A stretch of DNA of 64,000 bases, from positions 2,210 through 66,209 of the forward strand of contig CANLII010000010.1 in assembly GCA_947491315.1 (NCBI GenBank), written 5' to 3'. Positions 57,900-64,000 of this stretch are shown here, in pieces. The notes under the pieces are model-generated. The model did not search any database. It was not told where the DNA came from and was given only the letters and a program-made list of their open reading frames with translations. The translations under genes were made by a program, and so were the position numbers. This DNA is from Ignavibacteria bacterium (lineage in GTDB: Bacteria; Bacteroidota; Ignavibacteria; Kapaibacteriales; UBA961). Every line of letters begins with the position of its first letter. The first letter of the stretch is position 1.

Positions 57900-60335
57900 A
57901 TGACATATATATCCCTATTCGTACTTTTCTTCTGCTCAATCAGCATGCATTCCCAGCAATCACTCATCGGGTATTTCCACAATTGGAATTCTCAAGATGT
58001 TGCATGGGTGCATCCACAGAGCATTGATTCTCGTTATTCCGTGATTGCAATTGCATTTGCGATGCCGGCTTCGAATACGGACATGACTATGACATTCACT
58101 CCTGAGAATATGTCTGCAAGTGCATTCAAACAAGCAATTGCTCAGTTGAAAGCTCAGGGTAAAAAAGTGATTATTAGCATCGGGGGCGCAACTGCCTATC
58201 TGGATTTTCCAACAGATGCCGTGAAAAACGACTTCATTAATTCAATGAATTCCATCATGGATTATTATGAATTCGATGGTATTGATATTGACATAGAACA
58301 TGGAAATTGCATTCTGATTACAGGTGGTTCAATCGTAAATCCGGCAAATGCTTCACAAGTTCGGCTCATAGATGCAATCAAGTCCATCATGAATCATCAT
58401 CGTACAAGCAAAGGGAAAAAGATGATGCTCACCATGGCTCCGGAAACAGCGTATGTGCAAGGTGGGCAGTCTGCATTTGGTAGCATTTGGGGTGGATACT
58501 TACCAATCATTCATGCACTTCGTGATTCTTTGGATATTCTTCAAGTTCAACTCTATAATTCCGGAACCATGTTTGGCATTGATCGTAATATATATTCGCA
58601 AGGTACCGCTGACTTCATCGTGGCAATGACAGAAGCCGTGATTCAAGGATTTCCTACCGGTGGCGGACAATTCGTCGGTCTTCCCGCTTCCAAAGTGGCG
58701 GTTGGACTTCCCGCTTGCAATCAAGCAGCCGGTGGTGGATTTGTAGATACGGCGACTATTTCTCAGGCAATGAAATATCTACTTGGAAAAGGGAATAAAC
58801 CGGGATCATATTCTCTGGTGTCTCCTGGTGGATATTCAACATTGAAGGGCATGATGACATGGAGCATCAATTGGGATGCAAGAGAACAATGCAATGGTGC
58901 TTATTCATTTGCCGGATGTTATGACAGATTATTTGGCAATACTCCATTGCCGCCTGCTCAAGTGACAATGCTTGCGCCTCAGTATGGACAAAAAATCACC
59001 GCAGAAACAGTATCATTTCGATGGAATAAAGTCAATAATGCAGTATATCATATTGAGATTTTACGAGGTGGAACAATCATCAAAAGTGATTCAACTTTGT
59101 CCGATACCACATTCAAGATTTCAAATTTGGAATATTCGCAATTGCATACTTGGAGAGTACGCGCAAAGAATGCGCAAGGATGGAGTCAGTGGAATAGTCC
59201 TTGGACATTCACTTCAAGCGATTTACCCATTCCATCACAAGTAATCGCATTGTCTCCTGAGAATTTCACAAAAGTGAACAAGGACAGTCTCATTCAATTC
59301 AGATGGAAAAGTGCCCAAAGCAATATTTCATCATATGTGTTCACACTCAAAAAAGGGAGTGAAATCATTCACAGAAAATCAGATGTCAAGGATACGCTCT
59401 ATTCTTATGCTCTCCCTGATTTTGATGCCACCTATTCTTGGAATGTACAAGCGGTCAATTCATCGGGTAGCGGTTTCCCAAGTGATCAGCGATTCATCGT
59501 CACCAATCCAAAACCACTTGATCCTCCGGGACTTGTGACATTGCTCGAACCAAATGCACAAGAAATCATCACTGATTCCATACTTTTCAGATGGTCAAAA
59601 TCCACTCCTTCGGTTTCAAGATATCATATTCAGATAGAACTTGATGGCACCATACTCATTGAAGATTTCATGATGATTGACACATCGCTCATGGTTTCCA
59701 TGCCGGATAAAAGCGGCATCCTCAATTGGAAAGTCCGTGCATTTAATCCATCAGGCTATGGTCCGTGGAGCATTTCAGACAGCATTCGATATCGCAGATT
59801 GCCGCCCATGCCACTTGCAACCAAGTTTTTGAATGTGCCCGACAGCATCAATATCATGACAGATACAGTTACAATTGCATGGGAAAAAGTTGATTTTGCA
59901 GATACATATCAGATAGAAGTAATGAGCGCGGATAGTCAATACAATCATGACACCAGTCTTGCAAATACTTCGATTTCTCTCAAATACTTGAAAGATGGTC
60001 ATGTGTATTCAGTGAGAGTACGTTCCAAGAATGAAAGAGGCTTATCAGCATGGAGCGTACCATTGATAATTACTGTTAACTTCCCCATCTCCTCATTATA
60101 CGATGGACAGGATTTACAGGATTGGTTTATAATTGAAGATGCTGATAGAACACTTCGAATTAAGAGTCAGACTGCTTTGAAAGCAATGTCTATTCAACTG
60201 TTTGATCTTCAAGGAAGAAAAAGATTCGAGCAATCTTTGGATTCACAAGAGGTCCTAATTCCACTTCATGAGTACTCTTCCGGAGTGTATTTTCTTCGGA
60301 TCAATCAACAATTTCGCCCCATTTTTATTCAATAA
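57900..60335 (+). CDS. GH18 chitinase-like glycoside hydrolase with four FN3-like domains and T9SS CTD
   Basis: IGYFHNW, SIGG, FDGIDIDIE catalytic DxDxE, QLYN, GMMTWSINWD; repeated W-x-VRA-x-N-x2-G; SGVYFLRI tail. Confidence 0.92.
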   Translation: MTYISLFVLFFCSISMHSQQSLIGYFHNWNSQDVAWVHPQSIDSRYSVIAIAFAMPASNTDMTMTFTPENMSASAFKQAIAQLKAQGKKVIISIGGATAYLDFPTDAVKNDFINSMNSIMDYYEFDGIDIDIEHGNCILITGGSIVNPANASQVRLIDAIKSIMNHHRTSKGKKMMLTMAPETAYVQGGQSAFGSIWGGYLPIIHALRDSLDILQVQLYNSGTMFGIDRNIYSQGTADFIVAMTEAVIQGFPTGGGQFVGLPASKVAVGLPACNQAAGGGFVDTATISQAMKYLLGKGNKPGSYSLVSPGGYSTLKGMMTWSINWDAREQCNGAYSFAGCYDRLFGNTPLPPAQVTMLAPQYGQKITAETVSFRWNKVNNAVYHIEILRGGTIIKSDSTLSDTTFKISNLEYSQLHTWRVRAKNAQGWSQWNSPWTFTSSDLPIPSQVIALSPENFTKVNKDSLIQFRWKSAQSNISSYVFTLKKGSEIIHRKSDVKDTLYSYALPDFDATYSWNVQAVNSSGSGFPSDQRFIVTNPKPLDPPGLVTLLEPNAQEIITDSILFRWSKSTPSVSRYHIQIELDGTILIEDFMMIDTSLMVSMPDKSGILNWKVRAFNPSGYGPWSISDSIRYRRLPPMPLATKFLNVPDSINIMTDTVTIAWEKVDFADTYQIEVMSADSQYNHDTSLANTSISLKYLKDGHVYSVRVRSKNERGLSAWSVPLIITVNFPISSLYDGQDLQDWFIIEDADRTLRIKSQTALKAMSIQLFDLQGRKRFEQSLDSQEVLIPLHEYSSGVYFLRINQQFRPIFIQ

Positions 60336-60674
60336 AGCATATATCTATCGACATACTTCTACCCTCATTATGTCTGTCTTTTGACAGTAATTAATTTCAT
60401 CTTTCAGGGATATGAAATATGTTGACCATTCTTATCTTCATTGTAAGTGAACACAACGATCTCATTAGGAATACAAGTGAGTTACGTATAATTCTACATG
60501 CCAATTTTCGACATACAATTTGAAATTTACTACAAAGAAATCAGGGGTGATATGTTTGTATTTACACCGGATAATCCAATGCAATTATCCATGCAACAAA
60601 AGGGTATACAGACCACTGTCTATATTATTCTTTGATAATAAATATGGCGAAATCTTGAAGCAAATGGGTATTAG

Positions 60675-62951
<2,277 letters not shown>

Positions 62952-62968
62952 GTAACATGACATTGAAC

Positions 62969-63002
62969 GGGTGGTCTTGACATTTCATGACCACCCTTTT
63001 TT
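62969..63002 (+). terminator. Intrinsic terminator of katG
   Basis: GGGTGGTC...GACCACCC followed by TTTTTT. Confidence 0.88.
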
Positions 63003-63055
63003 GTAACTACTTGAGTTGAACTGCGTATCAGCACAACATTTCTCTAAGAGTATTC

Positions 63056-63946
63056 ATGCTTGTTATCTCCGAACTTTCAAAACAATATGGCACTTTCAAG
63101 GCACTCGATTCCATTTCTTTCTCAACGGAATCGGGTAAGATTTGTGGAATCGTCGGTCCGAACGGTGCCGGAAAGACCACAACCATTCGCATCATATTGG
63201 GTATTCTGGGAGCCAATTCCGGAACAATTACCTATAAAGGAAATCCTATTTCTGATATTCCGCGAAGTGCATTCGGATATTTACCTGAAGAACGCGGTTT
63301 ATATAAGCAGTCAACAGTACAAGAGACTTTGCTATATCTCGGTGCATTGAAATATCCTGATAAACAGAAACTCAAACAACAAATTGAACAATGGCTTGAG
63401 CGTTTTCTCATTCCCGAGTACAAGCACAAAAAAATCGAGGAATTGTCAAAAGGCAATCAACAAAAAATTCAATTCATTGCATCTGTTTTGCATGATCCCG
63501 AATTGCTGATCATCGATGAACCGCTTTCAGGATTGGATCCATTGAATCAGGAATTATTCAAGGATATAGTGAAAGAATTCCGAACACAAGGTAAGACAAT
63601 CATCTTCTGCACCCATCAATTAGGAATTGCGGAAGTATTATGCGATTCAGTCATCATGCTGAATAAAGGCAAAGTTGCAATGAGCGGATCAATGGATGAA
63701 CTTCTTCGTTCCGGAACATCGGACATGATCATTGAATATTCAACACTATTCAATCAAGAAATCCCAAATTCATATCGCAAGGTATCAGACATGCAATGGA
63801 TTTTTCCCAATGAACATGCATCCATGCAGGAAATAGTTTCCAAAGCATCAGAGTTTGGAGAGATTCACAGCATTAATCCCTATCGTCCTACTTTGCTTGG
63901 AATGTTCCGTCAACATATTGAAGATGCAGAGGAGACATTATCATGA
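63056..63946 (+). CDS. ABC transporter ATP-binding protein (NatA-like)
   Basis: GPNGAGKTT, GYLPEERGLY, LSKGNQQK, DEPLSGLDP motifs. Confidence 0.93.
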   Translation: MLVISELSKQYGTFKALDSISFSTESGKICGIVGPNGAGKTTTIRIILGILGANSGTITYKGNPISDIPRSAFGYLPEERGLYKQSTVQETLLYLGALKYPDKQKLKQQIEQWLERFLIPEYKHKKIEELSKGNQQKIQFIASVLHDPELLIIDEPLSGLDPLNQELFKDIVKEFRTQGKTIIFCTHQLGIAEVLCDSVIMLNKGKVAMSGSMDELLRSGTSDMIIEYSTLFNQEIPNSYRKVSDMQWIFPNEHASMQEIVSKASEFGEIHSINPYRPTLLGMFRQHIEDAEETLS

Positions 63947-64000
63947 ATTGGAAATCAGTCTCAACTGTTGCTTGGTGGGAATTCATTCAAAAAGTCAAAA
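63943..64000 (+). CDS. ABC permease (NatB-like), 5' end only
   Basis: ATGA overlap with the ATPase stop; reads MNWKSVSTVAWWEFIQKVK... Confidence 0.7.
   Translation, partial: MNWKSVSTVAWWEFIQKVK

Overview
AT-rich, gene-dense chromosomal window from a Bacteroidota-superphylum bacterium. The basis is inference: TAnnTTTG-type -7 promoter elements, four T9SS-type C-terminal sorting domains, GWxTD and BatA-like genes, and AAGGAG Shine-Dalgarno sites, which together suggest a Kapabacteria/Ignavibacteria-like lineage. Most of the window is housekeeping or envelope genes: pth, glgA, msrB, xseB, thyX, mscL, mnmA, hpt, rsmA, recJ, rsgA, katG, lptF/G, tRNA-Ser(CGA), a TonB-dependent receptor, BNR/VPS10 propellers and a GH18 chitinase. 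The most unusual part lies downstream of tRNA-Ser (54.07-57.85 kb). It holds a 430-nt stretch with no GpC dinucleotide and arm-like inverted repeats (likely scar of an integrative element), then an orphan MbnP/MbnH copper pair, then a candidate sigma-54 unit. That unit has tandem palindromic upstream sites, a secreted small protein carrying four HxVLGQSPRSAxxY repeats, and a Spy/CpxP-like lipoprotein. A second notable item is a 604-aa 'hypothetical' protein whose motifs fit a divergent FMN/Fe-S FabK/NMO/FabX-type oxidoreductase. All functional calls are by eye from motifs; no searches were run.
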